From: a virus
Lineage: Duplodnaviria > Caudoviricetes
DNA: 37,189 bases
Strand: one strand, 5' to 3'
Virus record (IMG/VR): IMGVR_UViG_3300025723_000095
Coordinates: 1-37,189 of that record
Shown here: positions 28,501 to 36,357 of the stretch, piece after piece
Layout of the letters: each line of letters opens with the position of its first letter
Numbering within the stretch: position 1 is the first letter of the stretch
Translations under genes and position numbers: made by a program
Notes under the pieces: generated by a model
The model's input: the letters and a program-made list of their open reading frames with translations, nothing else
Told to the model about the DNA's origin: nothing
Database searches by the model: none

Positions 28501-31500
28501 TCAGGTAGGACAATTAGGGCAACCGCCTATATATAAATTGCAAGACAGTAGTTTTTATCAACAATACATCGAAGAAGTCAAACCGTATCATACACAGATA
28601 AGAAATTTTGTTACTCAGTATTCTGATATAGAATCAACAAATACATATCTTGATGATTCTAATAGAAAAATTGATACTACAATTAAATTTGATAGAATTT
28701 CTAAAGGTAACGAAATAGGTAGTTTAACAGCAACTGATACTTTTATCTGTGATGGAGTGACTAATAAATTTACATTAAATTGGTTGGCGCAGCCTAATAA
28801 AAGTTTAATTACAATTAAACTTACTAAAGCTGGATTACCTAATGGTACAGTATCTGTTGAAGATTATACAATTATATCAGATTTACAAAATAGTGTATTA
28901 GTATTCTTAAATTATATTCCAACAGCTGATGAAACAATAACAATCACATATCAAAAAAATAATAATTTACTCAATGCCGCTGAACGCATATTGAATTTTT
29001 ATGAACCTACACCAGGAATGCCGGGTGTAGATTTAACACAATTGATGACCGGTATTGAGTACCCTGGAATCACAGTCGGCGGTCAATATGAAGGTCCTGG
29101 ATTTAATAATACATTTGGAGGTTGGTACCCTGATAGTTTTATCGATGGCGGTACATGGACTAACGGATTATCAACTACTGCTTTGGGAATTAATCCATCG
29201 GATATTATTATAGATGGCGAATACGGATTTGTAACACCGAATACCAGTTATGCTCCAGAAGAAGTTGTTCCAGGATTCGTTATGGATAGTTTAGGCATCA
29301 ATGTGTATACTAAAAACAAATATGGAGCTCCGTTAGTACTTAATCACAATGTCAGTGTATTAGCATCAACTTCCACCCAATCTTTTGTATTATCTACATT
29401 GCCTACTACAATTGATAATATTTTAGTATCTTATAATAATGTAGAATTAACTTATATTGATAATACTAATTTTACTTCATCTGTTCAATATAATATAGAT
29501 TGGGCTAATTCTACATTGATAATCCCCCCTCAAGTTGATAATGGATATCTGGGATATACTATAGTAAGTGTTGGCGGCGGAAATCCTGATGGAACAACTG
29601 TAGGAGTTATTGATAAAGCTGTAAAAACATTTTCTGGTAATACTATTCCTGTAGTAGAAAGTTTGGCTTTTTATAATGATATAACAGATGTTTTTGTTAC
29701 AATCAATGGACGACCTACCAGTGCATATACACTAGGACCAGTTAGTCTCAGTGATCAAAGAGCATCAGTAACAATTACTAGTTTTAACAATGCAGGAACT
29801 AATACAATTCAGGTATGGTTCTTTACAAATTCTCAAAGTTATTTTAATGTTATACATAATCAACAGTTAATGTTAAATGGGCATGACATTGCTGATCCGT
29901 TTATATTAATATGGCCTCCTGGAACTATCGAACCATTAAGTCAGCAAGCAATTGTTAAAATTACAGATTCAAACGGCACCAGACGATTGTTACCACCGGA
30001 CACGACTTATTATTCTGTTTCAGATCCATCCATTACAACATTTAATTTTACAATTAGTGGAATCAATAGCCTAATACCTAATTTATCATCATTTGAATTT
30101 GATAGAACCACGGTATATGTGTATGTCAATGGAGTAAAATTATCAAATTTTGATGACACTGAGTATACTGTTAACAGCATAGATAGAACAATTACTATAG
30201 CATTATCATTAACAACTGGTGATGCTATTGCAATCGAAGCTTTTGTTCCTAATGTTATAGGAAATAGCGATCCTTTAAGTAGTGATCCTTATACCTATCA
30301 ATATAGAATAGTTGGTGATAAATTATATCTATCTCCTGAAGCAGGTAGCTCATTTGAACCTGATGCATATCTTGATGTTATTACCTACGCAGATTCAAAC
30401 GGAATGTTAATTGAGACTCAGAAATTTACTGGACACGCTAATCGAAGATTTACAATAAATCGACCTATTTTAAATGATAATTATGTTTTTATAACAGTAT
30501 TCAAATATGATGGCACTAATATAATAAGTTATCCTTTAGTCAATGGTATTGACTTTATTATATTAGATGATGATGTAACAATACAATTAAGTGATAAATG
30601 GAAATTGACCAACAATGATATTGTTGAAATTATAAGTTTTGCTAGTCAGAATTTTAGTAGTGAAGTTCTAGGGTATCGTATATTCAACGACATATTAGGA
30701 AATACATCTTTTACAAGATTAGGTAATAAGTATTCAACAACATTGGCGCAACCTCTATTACTTGGTGATAATGAAATTTATGTCACAGATAGTTCTGTAT
30801 TAACTCCTCCTCAAATTGATGAAAATATCCCCGGTGTTGTTCTTATCAACACAGAACGTATTGAATTTTTTCAAATTTATGGAAATGTATTAAGTCAATT
30901 ACGTCGAGGTACACTGGGTACAAGTCCTAAATTATTTGTAGATCAAGGTACTGGTGTAATTGATCAAGGAGTGGATCAAATAATTCCATTCACTGAACAA
31001 ATTCGAATACAAAATACATTTACTAATACGTTAACTAATATACATAATATAGTTAAATCTGATACTTTGAGAACTTATCCTAATACATCAACTTTTGTGC
31101 GATGTGATGGAATAACACTATCTACAACTACTTCGTTGATTGATCAAATTGATGTTTATTATGGCGGAAGATTATTAAGAAAAACAGACAGCTATCGTCA
31201 AGAAACAACAGCAACTTATAATACTGTTAGCATACCTAATACACTAGGCACTACATCAACGGTCGAATTATTACCTATTAGTGCCAACATAGGTGATTCA
31301 TATATTATAAATTCTAATAATCAAATATGGACATATACAGGATATAGAACGCAGGCTCCGTCGACAACAGGATGGGTATATTCTGGATTAAAATATTTGC
31401 CACAAGAATATTCAGTTACATTAACTAACTCAACACAGGTATTAGTATTGAATACTGCTACATTGAGAATTCATCCAAATTTACAAGTTTCTATTGTACA

Positions 31501-31651
31501 GAAAGATTACCCGGTATCTGCATCATGGAATACAATCGATCCTATAAATTCTAAAAAGACGTTAAGTTTATTAGAAAGTACAACAACAGTAGCTCGATTC
31601 TTACAAGAAGCGCCTGCTGTACTCCCTGATAATTACTTTTATCGCAGGTAG
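19547..31651 (+). CDS. Giant (4034 aa) virion structural protein in the gp7 baseplate-wedge position
   Basis: Follows gp6; internal FY.GFIKQKGT motif reminiscent of gp7-like wedge proteins; FG-GAP-like repeats, carbohydrate-binding-like modules and beta-rich repeats. Confidence 0.7.
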   Translation: MATSKINSVNLLPITLQTDKNTKFLASTLDQLIQPTQLKRLDGYIGSTQTATYNSTNDVYLPGNVYDLTPALVTNDSVGNIQSVQSYNDLINEISVKGGLTNNLDRLFRSKSYAYNAHIDWDKLVNYQDYFWLTTGPQVIEVTSDTLDIESTIIGQSNATVNVGDMQVALSNGMLITFGGINIDKKYHEKEFFVEGVGSSIVLVPFQKLITTEQIATPQTEGFDTKPFDDYSFDDNRPVPINAEYITINRSSLDLNPWSRYNRWIHRDIIETSAIANGKIPVYPANLRAQRPIVEFEAGLQLFNFGSNAIHPIDIIDTTTTNAFLTINGAASAINSISTDVVVDGVILSPGLRIVFNADENPDVRGKIYEIDFVKVNGAITLTLVPAVDHNPAVDSSVLVINGSSNGGTSWWYDGNQWQYAQQRTVLNQAPLFNLYDESGNSYADKNYYLSNFKGNQIFGYQVGTGTNDPYLGFPLAYRNINAVGSFLFSNYFSSDTIVISYSNLTTSQISTNITYCKRNTDSGIIYENSWKLGVDYPIPLLTTPSSTSYYQEPLSLTNNPLNSTINQFTISELYEHVQSMTMQVPGYVTTSSGLSSNLRDLGDYTTYGIKLISNSNPISFAQMFIGKKEHSIIDAISKVGDQYNQFKLTFLNSIVKISNQLDPVSAVDEVLTTLNQNNGSYSPYYLSDMSAYGNPEIIRTFTVTDPRNVLYPLTTEFDLDTLGLRSVLTYLNGNHLIYGIDYNFNKELSCINILIPLYKGDTLVVKDFTNTEGAYIPPTPTKLGMYPAFIPKIYQDNTYLTPVKVIQGHDGSIIPAYNDYRDAIILELEKRIYNNIKVQYRPELLDINSVIPGAFRNTEYSTPEITKILSQDFIKWTGTYSIDYSSRAEFDINDAFTWNFNGSYTPFNNIALFGSWRSVYKYFYDTDRPHTNPWEMLGFSEQPSWWTSTYGTDFSSNNTQMWTDLENGYIAGTGETNPLYARLGLSEIIPTYNNGALKDPAKIFGPTISGTLIQQTWVPGDQGPAETAWRRSSLWPYTVQKILALTIPATYASLMYDTSRMQKNIAGQWTYGADETFLQLNNLYISGENNNLTSGYSVLVSEVGQQRTTNYIAELRQDLNYANYNLFYKVGGFVDQNTLQVIIDAYDPTSTDPGSILPSQNYKLILDISNPIRSISISGFIVQRTSTGYTIKGYDRQNPYFTYYPSIRNLNTPAITIGGKTAPYVTWAPSGTLGDTGLSNIDITTAKSAVAGNFYQKGQIVAYGNNYYRVIVAHQAEATFNPAYYQILQSLPSTGGATVQIASGFATTALQVPYGTTYSSIQEVYDLIIGYGRWIVNQGFMFDEYNKDLGTVLDWNLTASEFLYWTTQNWASDSILTLSPFANQIVYQATDSVVDNLFDGFYDYSILKADGSPYPQKSLSISRNNGVCTIATLPDTDGIYFARLNCIQKQHGMVFDNVDDFGDVIYDIQTGTRQMRMKLVGFKTDGWNGDFFSPGFVYDNVTVSNWESNTKYLAGTVVYCNGNYYSAIKNINPSEYFNFTDWSSLPKKPTAGLLPNLDYKITQFSDFYSLDIDNFDAGQQKMAQHLTGYTPRVYLNNIFTDPISQYKFYQGFIKQKGTKNSIDSLKKATIHNLQGQVSYNEEWAFRIGEYGSYTTYQELEVPLIEGTFLENPQIINFVDQVPNTAGNSLIHYTISDNLTIKPKNYSPSTTFASTSDQSSMILTHSGYVRLDDVTATAYNENSLLDIANNGQLKEGDTIWLGFTQNGNWDIYRYTYNPAGIIGVYVSFPVSQITFTTSVNHNLSVGQLISVSNFNSQVDGIYTVQSIPKLNQFTVASTLASITNSELLSPGKLFEFKTARISNFDNLPADKELYKLPYGTKFWIDNTFENDQNWSVYQKINNYNSTVTYGQFVDGLGTSISKRSGSNIVVIGAPTYNYNNKQGAVFLYQQQGNTLKNILRYFIGSSYSSTNFGQTVVYDDMPVNSTSPYGFIYASAPDASSGAGVVKVSTVNTNSQEEGSNFYITNPDPTNGFFGTSIWVQRKAENKLVFIGAPGSNTVTGKTWIYKVNSTLISNAVAVIDHNISYTIGSQWGYSISGADDVSYIAISAPGYTDNTGIVSVFKNDINYVQTISSPFGVGDRFGQVVSMSPMGDYLFISAPNVVNSDNSIGAVAIYNFVDGLFVLESILENPVAGSLMKFGSAIDINTTSNTLVISALGINATFPTTVDSGNTTFDNGITGFVGTETNSGAVYMYHRNYQRFILSQELTASTIAITSGTDFGSSIAIDDGVVFVGAPAVDNDAVTGGIYQFNQIDLTTNSLSKIRNFENLVIPNTVEKVSLIDTYNEDILQYLDVIDPLKGKIAGIAEQELTYKLISDPAIYSLGLAGVNVDTNTNWLDDHVGELWWDLSTAKYVWYEQSDLEYRKNNWGKLFPGATIDVYEWVGSTLLPSEWSSQADTTQGLTLGISGQPKFPDNSIVSVKQVYDNITNSYSNVYYYWVKNSIIVPNAKNRRKSSYEVASIIADPTAYGLEFAAFISPDAVALSNVSSLLVGENISLNIGQDRVAASMTNSIPKHTEWLILQENNENSSPNALLEKKLIDSLLGHDSVGNPVPDPALSLRTRYGIGIRPRQTFFKDRITAIRNVVEFTNNVLINELITGNYDFINLNAQEQIPNRYLNTYDKIVEDNNELTLIDTTVFQQAKIQCTVNDNGQVISANIINPGFGYGTLNSVEGGYQGPTFIYPEFGSGINLSTVVDNTGAVIDVIIENGGTGYINNFIITSRPQSVIVVSDDINNGGWTQYVYDYSSKNWIRFKTQSYNTTLYWNYVDWSSSDYDQYRIYSSIIGSSYELSELTITPGQYIKINNSGNGNYIVIEALDPSIQGTYGQGFNLVYAQNGTIQLSNSIWNRANSTYGFDYVKSYDQTLWDQTPDLELKYILTALKENIFINSLKINWNLLFFTAVRYALSEQKLLDWAFKTSFINVVNQVGQLGQPPIYKLQDSSFYQQYIEEVKPYHTQIRNFVTQYSDIESTNTYLDDSNRKIDTTIKFDRISKGNEIGSLTATDTFICDGVTNKFTLNWLAQPNKSLITIKLTKAGLPNGTVSVEDYTIISDLQNSVLVFLNYIPTADETITITYQKNNNLLNAAERILNFYEPTPGMPGVDLTQLMTGIEYPGITVGGQYEGPGFNNTFGGWYPDSFIDGGTWTNGLSTTALGINPSDIIIDGEYGFVTPNTSYAPEEVVPGFVMDSLGINVYTKNKYGAPLVLNHNVSVLASTSTQSFVLSTLPTTIDNILVSYNNVELTYIDNTNFTSSVQYNIDWANSTLIIPPQVDNGYLGYTIVSVGGGNPDGTTVGVIDKAVKTFSGNTIPVVESLAFYNDITDVFVTINGRPTSAYTLGPVSLSDQRASVTITSFNNAGTNTIQVWFFTNSQSYFNVIHNQQLMLNGHDIADPFILIWPPGTIEPLSQQAIVKITDSNGTRRLLPPDTTYYSVSDPSITTFNFTISGINSLIPNLSSFEFDRTTVYVYVNGVKLSNFDDTEYTVNSIDRTITIALSLTTGDAIAIEAFVPNVIGNSDPLSSDPYTYQYRIVGDKLYLSPEAGSSFEPDAYLDVITYADSNGMLIETQKFTGHANRRFTINRPILNDNYVFITVFKYDGTNIISYPLVNGIDFIILDDDVTIQLSDKWKLTNNDIVEIISFASQNFSSEVLGYRIFNDILGNTSFTRLGNKYSTTLAQPLLLGDNEIYVTDSSVLTPPQIDENIPGVVLINTERIEFFQIYGNVLSQLRRGTLGTSPKLFVDQGTGVIDQGVDQIIPFTEQIRIQNTFTNTLTNIHNIVKSDTLRTYPNTSTFVRCDGITLSTTTSLIDQIDVYYGGRLLRKTDSYRQETTATYNTVSIPNTLGTTSTVELLPISANIGDSYIINSNNQIWTYTGYRTQAPSTTGWVYSGLKYLPQEYSVTLTNSTQVLVLNTATLRIHPNLQVSIVQKDYPVSASWNTIDPINSKKTLSLLESTTTVARFLQEAPAVLPDNYFYRR

Positions 31652-31656
31652 TATAA

Positions 31657-31664
31657 CATAAATA
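31657..31664 (+). promoter_or_regulatory. Late promoter-like CATAAATA
   Basis: TAAATA core in the 18-nt gap before 31670. Confidence 0.5.
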
Positions 31665-31669
31665 TTATT

Positions 31670-32311
31670 ATGGAAATTAAAAAAATGAGATCTCAATCTA
31701 GCAATCAACCAAAAGATCAAGGACTTGTGTCTGTAAAAGGACATATTAAAATATTTGATCCTAAAACAAACGAAGTTTTCATTGATAAACCCAATGCAAT
31801 ACATTATGAAAATTTTAGTTTGGCATTGGCAAATAGTATCAGTAATCAAGGTTTTGGTACAATTGCTGAAATGGATTTTGGTAACGGTGGAACTAGAGTA
31901 GATGATACTGGTATCATAACTTACTTAACTCCTAATGTAATAGGATCTAGTGCCAGTCTATATAATCAAACTTATTTAAAGGTTGTTGATTCCCAACAAC
32001 CTACTGATTTAGATCCTTCTAGAAATTTTATGGAAGTTCGTCATGTAGCAGGTGCATACTATAGTGATATATTAGTTAGTTGTTTACTTGATTTTGGAGA
32101 ACCAAATGGTCAACAAGCATTTGATAATGAAACAAATTCAAATGGTACATTTGTTTTTGACGAGCTAGGTTTACGATCTTATAGTCCGGATGGTCCAGGA
32201 ACAGGGTTATTATTGACTCATGTTATTTTCCACCCTGTACAAAAATCTTTAAATCGAATGATACAAATTGATTATACAGTTCGTGTACAATCTCTTACTA
32301 ACGGGATGTAA
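31670..32311 (+). CDS. Virion structural protein, baseplate/tail-collar-fibre-like
   Basis: GHIKIFD...N.I...FGNGG...FDELGL...LLTHVIFHPVQKSLNR.IQIDYTVR; position between the wedge and fibre genes. Confidence 0.6.
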   Translation: MEIKKMRSQSSNQPKDQGLVSVKGHIKIFDPKTNEVFIDKPNAIHYENFSLALANSISNQGFGTIAEMDFGNGGTRVDDTGIITYLTPNVIGSSASLYNQTYLKVVDSQQPTDLDPSRNFMEVRHVAGAYYSDILVSCLLDFGEPNGQQAFDNETNSNGTFVFDELGLRSYSPDGPGTGLLLTHVIFHPVQKSLNRMIQIDYTVRVQSLTNGM

Positions 32312-32314
32312 TTT

Positions 32315-33082
32315 ATGGCCTATGTAGTTTATACAAGTAGTGGAACTTTCTTAACATCAATTCCTTCAGGAATTGTTAATTCAAATACAACTAGTTTAAG
32401 TCTCATTGGTAAAGATGTTGTTGGGTACGGTCAATACTACAATCAAAATTTAGTTAGTATGCTGTCTAATTTTTCAAATGTAACAGCGCCCTCAAATCCT
32501 TTACAAGGGCAATTATGGTATGATAGTAGGTATAATAAATTAAAAGTTTATAATAATAGTTGGCAATCAGTCCGTGCATCATTAATCTCACCGACTCAAC
32601 CAGTTGGTCAAGATCAAGGAGAATTATGGTATGACAGCGCTAACAAAGTAATGAATTTTATTGATAGTTTGGGTCAATATAATTCTATAAACAGTTTTCC
32701 TAGAAATAGTGTAGGAGGATGGCAGTACCCGTCGACACCGATTACAGATAATACACCATCTCCGATCCCATATAAAGTTACATTGTTGCAAAATTATGGT
32801 CAGACAATCGGTGCCTTAACAACATCAAGTTTCACAGTATCAACACAACAGTCAACATCAACATTTGCCTCTGCAAATACAACATCAGTAAAACTTGTCG
32901 CTGGATTAACCATTATTGGCAATATTCAAGCTACCAGCGGATTGCTAGTAAACAAACAACCAATTACTCCTACTTCTCCAGGAACACCGGGACAAGTGGC
33001 CTATGATTTAAATGGTTTTTATGTTTGTACAGGGACTAATCTTTGGTCCAAAATAGCTTTTACACAAACATCAGGATTCTAA
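32315..33082 (+). CDS. Short tail-fibre-like structural protein
   Basis: N-terminal TSL.LIG....GYGQ...NF...P.NPLQGQLWYD module shared with the next gene; C-terminal GTPGQVAYD...YVCTGTNLW. Confidence 0.65.
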   Translation: MAYVVYTSSGTFLTSIPSGIVNSNTTSLSLIGKDVVGYGQYYNQNLVSMLSNFSNVTAPSNPLQGQLWYDSRYNKLKVYNNSWQSVRASLISPTQPVGQDQGELWYDSANKVMNFIDSLGQYNSINSFPRNSVGGWQYPSTPITDNTPSPIPYKVTLLQNYGQTIGALTTSSFTVSTQQSTSTFASANTTSVKLVAGLTIIGNIQATSGLLVNKQPITPTSPGTPGQVAYDLNGFYVCTGTNLWSKIAFTQTSGF

Positions 33083-33088
33083 TATTTT

Positions 33089-34276
33089 ATGCCATACATA
33101 CTAACTAAATCAAACGGAACTATATTAGCCACAGTTCAAGATGCTACGGTAGATAATACTACAAGTTTAACATTTATAGGGCGTAATTATTCTGGATATG
33201 GACAAGCTGTTGAAGAAAATTTCCTACATCTATTAGAAAATTTTTCAAATACTACCGCACCTACAAATCCTATACAAGGGCAATTATGGTTTAACAGTGC
33301 GCTTCAACAACTACAAATTTGTTATGACGGTAGTAATTTTACCAACGCTTCGAATGCCACTGTATCAAATGTTAAACCGTCAGATCCTATTACAGGTAGT
33401 CTATGGTGGGATACCGGAAACAATTTATTAAAAATATATGTAGAAGGCTCTTGGCAGTCAAGTGAAGTATTTGGTGCCGCAGGATCATCTTGGGATTTTA
33501 ATAAAATTTCAAGCCTTGCAGGGTCACAATCTTCTATCAAAGCTCTGTATAATAACAATACATTTATTATATTCTCGGATCAAACTGAATACTCTGCATT
33601 TAATGATACATTGGTATCTAGCACAACATTTCCAATAATTAAAAAAGGTATAACATTGCCTGGTGCAGATCCTATAACAGGAAGCAGTGCCGCATCAACA
33701 TCTACTGGATACCTGTTATGGGGAACAGCCGCTGAAGCAATTACAACCAAAGGTGTTACAGTTACTACAACATCTTCCAATAGTACATATTATATTCCTT
33801 TTGCTGATGGTACTACTGGCAACCCAAGTTTTTATACGAATGGTTCTTTCAATTATAATCCAAACACTAATATTCTTCAAGTAACTGCATCTGCCGCATT
33901 GTATGCTGATCTAGCAGAAAGATATGAAGCTGATGCTATTTACGAACCCGGAACCGTTTTAGTCATTGGTGGCTCTAAAGAAGTCACTACTACAACAAAA
34001 TATGCCGATACAAGGGTAGCGGGTATAGTAAGTAAAAACCCAGCCTATATGATGAATTCAGAGGCAGGAACCGACGAAACTCACCCCTATATTGCCTTAA
34101 AAGGCCGTGTTCCTTGCAAGGTTGTAGGCAGTATATTAAAAGGTGATCTTTTAGTTACTAGTACTCGTCTAGGACATGCTGAGAAAGCAAATGGATTTTT
34201 GTCAGGCGCTATAATTGGAAAAGCCCTCGAAGATAACTTCGAAGGCTCTGCCGTTATTGAAGTGCTAGTAGTCTAA
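33089..34276 (+). CDS. Tail-fibre-like protein with C-terminal intramolecular chaperone/autocleavage (peptidase G2-like) domain
   Basis: Paralogous N-terminal module; C-terminal YADLAERY...GTVL.IGG...GIVS..PA...GRVPCKV.G...KGDLLV...IIGKALE. Confidence 0.7.
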   Translation: MPYILTKSNGTILATVQDATVDNTTSLTFIGRNYSGYGQAVEENFLHLLENFSNTTAPTNPIQGQLWFNSALQQLQICYDGSNFTNASNATVSNVKPSDPITGSLWWDTGNNLLKIYVEGSWQSSEVFGAAGSSWDFNKISSLAGSQSSIKALYNNNTFIIFSDQTEYSAFNDTLVSSTTFPIIKKGITLPGADPITGSSAASTSTGYLLWGTAAEAITTKGVTVTTTSSNSTYYIPFADGTTGNPSFYTNGSFNYNPNTNILQVTASAALYADLAERYEADAIYEPGTVLVIGGSKEVTTTTKYADTRVAGIVSKNPAYMMNSEAGTDETHPYIALKGRVPCKVVGSILKGDLLVTSTRLGHAEKANGFLSGAIIGKALEDNFEGSAVIEVLVV

Positions 34277-35160
34277 ACAGCCATTGGTGCTGTTATAGCT
34301 TCGTGACTTTGATAATTCTCTAATTTAATATCTTCCATTTCAAAATTCATTATTACAGATACATCTGGATTTAACACCAATGTAGGTGCTGGAAATGGTT
34401 TACGACTTAATTGCTCTTGAACTTGATCAAAGTGATTTTTATAAATGTGAGCATCGCCTACACTGATAATCAAATCACCGACTTCTAAATTACATACCTG
34501 TGCAATCATATGTGTGAACAATGCATATGAAGCAATATTAAAGGGAATTCCCAAGAACATGTCAGCTGATCTTTGATACATATGACAACTTAACTTGCCA
34601 TTGTTAACCCAGAACTGGCTTAATATGTGACAAGGCGGAAGTGCCATTAATTCTAATTCGCCGGGGTTCCACGCTGTAAGAATGTGTCTACGACTGTACG
34701 GGTCTTCTTTTATACCGGCAATTAAATCTATTAATTGATCGTGATTCTGTAGAACAACTTTATTAATACGAATAAGTGGCTTGCGCCATCTACGCCATTG
34801 TACTCCATATATGCGACCTAAATCGCCTATACTTCGTTTAAGTTTTTTAGCCGTCCAATATGGTGCAAGAGCATTGTCTGTCCATATTGTTTTCTTGGAC
34901 GAATTGCGATCACCGTGTAATATTTCACGCAATCTTAATTCATCACCACTACCTTCGATAAACCAAAGTAATTCACTTACGCAGGCTCGCCATGCTAGTT
35001 TTTTAGTAGTGACAGCAGGAAAGCCTTCAGTCAAATCAAAACGCATTTGAAGACCAAAGATACTGCGAGTTCCTGTTCCTGTGCGATCAGGCCGGTCTTC
35101 ACCGTTTTCTAAAATGTCTTTTAATGCGTTGAGATATTCTTGTTCAGAAGTTGTGTTCAT
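34273..35160 (-). CDS. thyA: Thymidylate synthase (ThyA type)
   Basis: DRTGTGT, ELLWFI.G, YGVQWR, catalytic LPPCH, YQRSADMFLG.PFNIASY, GDAHIY.NH. Confidence 0.96.
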   Translation of the reverse strand: MNTTSEQEYLNALKDILENGEDRPDRTGTGTRSIFGLQMRFDLTEGFPAVTTKKLAWRACVSELLWFIEGSGDELRLREILHGDRNSSKKTIWTDNALAPYWTAKKLKRSIGDLGRIYGVQWRRWRKPLIRINKVVLQNHDQLIDLIAGIKEDPYSRRHILTAWNPGELELMALPPCHILSQFWVNNGKLSCHMYQRSADMFLGIPFNIASYALFTHMIAQVCNLEVGDLIISVGDAHIYKNHFDQVQEQLSRKPFPAPTLVLNPDVSVIMNFEMEDIKLENYQSHEAITAPMAV

Positions 35161-35807
35161 TCAGCGTCTACAGTAACTAGTTTCTTTTTACTCTTAGGAG
35201 GATCAATTGCATCTGCTTGTTTACGCAATACTTGAGCCTGTTTAAAAAGAGCATCAGCTTTTGATCGTAATTGAGCAGGTGTCATATCTTCAGTTGATTC
35301 TTCAACTACTGCTACTGGAGCAGGCTTTGGAGTAACAACTGCTACTTCATCTAGATCATCTCCAGATACACTTTGACTAGTTGTCTTTGTAGGATCATCT
35401 TTTGGAGTCTTACGGTTAGGATGGATACCATCTGTAACAGCAAGTTCGTCAATAGTAACACCTTTTTGTTCAGCAATTAGTTGATTCAATTCACTTAACA
35501 AAATTGTAGCATTAGATGACGGAGTCATAATAACACCATTTGTGGGAACTCTCTTTAGATGACCATTACGATGCAATGATTCTAACATTGAACCGCCGTC
35601 TGGAAATTTTCGAACTGCAAGAATATCTGCAAGTTCGTTGGCTTGTTGTGCACTAACATCTTGAATCAAATTCATTAAAGAATTATGCCAAGCATCAGGC
35701 AAGCCACTAGTTCCTACTACTAGAGCATTTCCAGAATCTCCGGGCAATGTTCTATATACTACAGCAACTTTGGCATTATTGTTTGCCATTTTTCCCACAT
35801 GTTTCAT
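35157..35807 (-). CDS. Hypothetical phage protein
   Basis: 216-aa ORF with AGGAG RBS and 4-nt overlap with thyA; globular N-terminus, flexible linker, C-terminal helix. Confidence 0.75.
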   Translation of the reverse strand: MKHVGKMANNNAKVAVVYRTLPGDSGNALVVGTSGLPDAWHNSLMNLIQDVSAQQANELADILAVRKFPDGGSMLESLHRNGHLKRVPTNGVIMTPSSNATILLSELNQLIAEQKGVTIDELAVTDGIHPNRKTPKDDPTKTTSQSVSGDDLDEVAVVTPKPAPVAVVEESTEDMTPAQLRSKADALFKQAQVLRKQADAIDPPKSKKKLVTVDAE

Positions 35808-35820
35808 GTGTATTCTCCTA

Positions 35821-36054
35821 TTAAGCTGATGCTGGTGGTGTTTCTGTTTGTGCTTCAGGAGCCGGTGCTACTGAATTTAAAAAAGTATTCAAACGATCGA
35901 ATGTGGCACCAACTGAACTTAATTCAGCTCCACCAAATGCTCCGCGACGTGATGCTGTGTCTACAATAGCACGTAGATTTTGTAGGTCTACGATAGTCAA
36001 TTGTGGTTGTTCAGCTGGTGTTGCTGGTTGAGCTGTTGTGTCTTGATTTTCCAT
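35821..36054 (-). CDS. Small hypothetical phage protein
   Basis: 77-aa ORF with AAGGA RBS; helical core LTIVDLQNLRAIVDTASRRGAF..ELSSVG. Confidence 0.75.
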   Translation of the reverse strand: MENQDTTAQPATPAEQPQLTIVDLQNLRAIVDTASRRGAFGGAELSSVGATFDRLNTFLNSVAPAPEAQTETPPASA

Positions 36055-36067
36055 TTTACAAATTCCT

Positions 36068-36346
36068 TTAATTTTTATGTATGTGGGGACAACCTAATGT
36101 TAGCATAGTGATTTCCCTGGGATCCTCTAAGCCTATTTCTATCACCGAAACTACTTTTTTATCTGAGTCCAGTGATAAAGTCTTCTTAATTGCATACCTA
36201 CTATTTAAGTGGTAGTTAATCCAGTGGTCTAATAATTTGATATCTGCTTCTGGTATAGAAATTTTGGCAAAGTGTTCTGGAATAAAAGATAATTTCCTGT
36301 ATCCCAAAAACCCCAATGGATTAACTTGACCTCTACTTAATGACAT
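36068..36346 (-). CDS. Hypothetical phage protein
   Basis: 92-aa ORF tightly packed between co-oriented genes. Confidence 0.7.
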   Translation of the reverse strand: MSLSRGQVNPLGFLGYRKLSFIPEHFAKISIPEADIKLLDHWINYHLNSRYAIKKTLSLDSDKKVVSVIEIGLEDPREITMLTLGCPHIHKN

Positions 36347-36357
36347 TATATGCTACT

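Noticed and set aside
32315-34276. Diversity-generating retroelement or invertible tail-fibre cassette
   Set aside because: No reverse transcriptase or invertase, no long template/variable repeat pair with adenine-specific mismatches, and no flanking inverted repeats seen.
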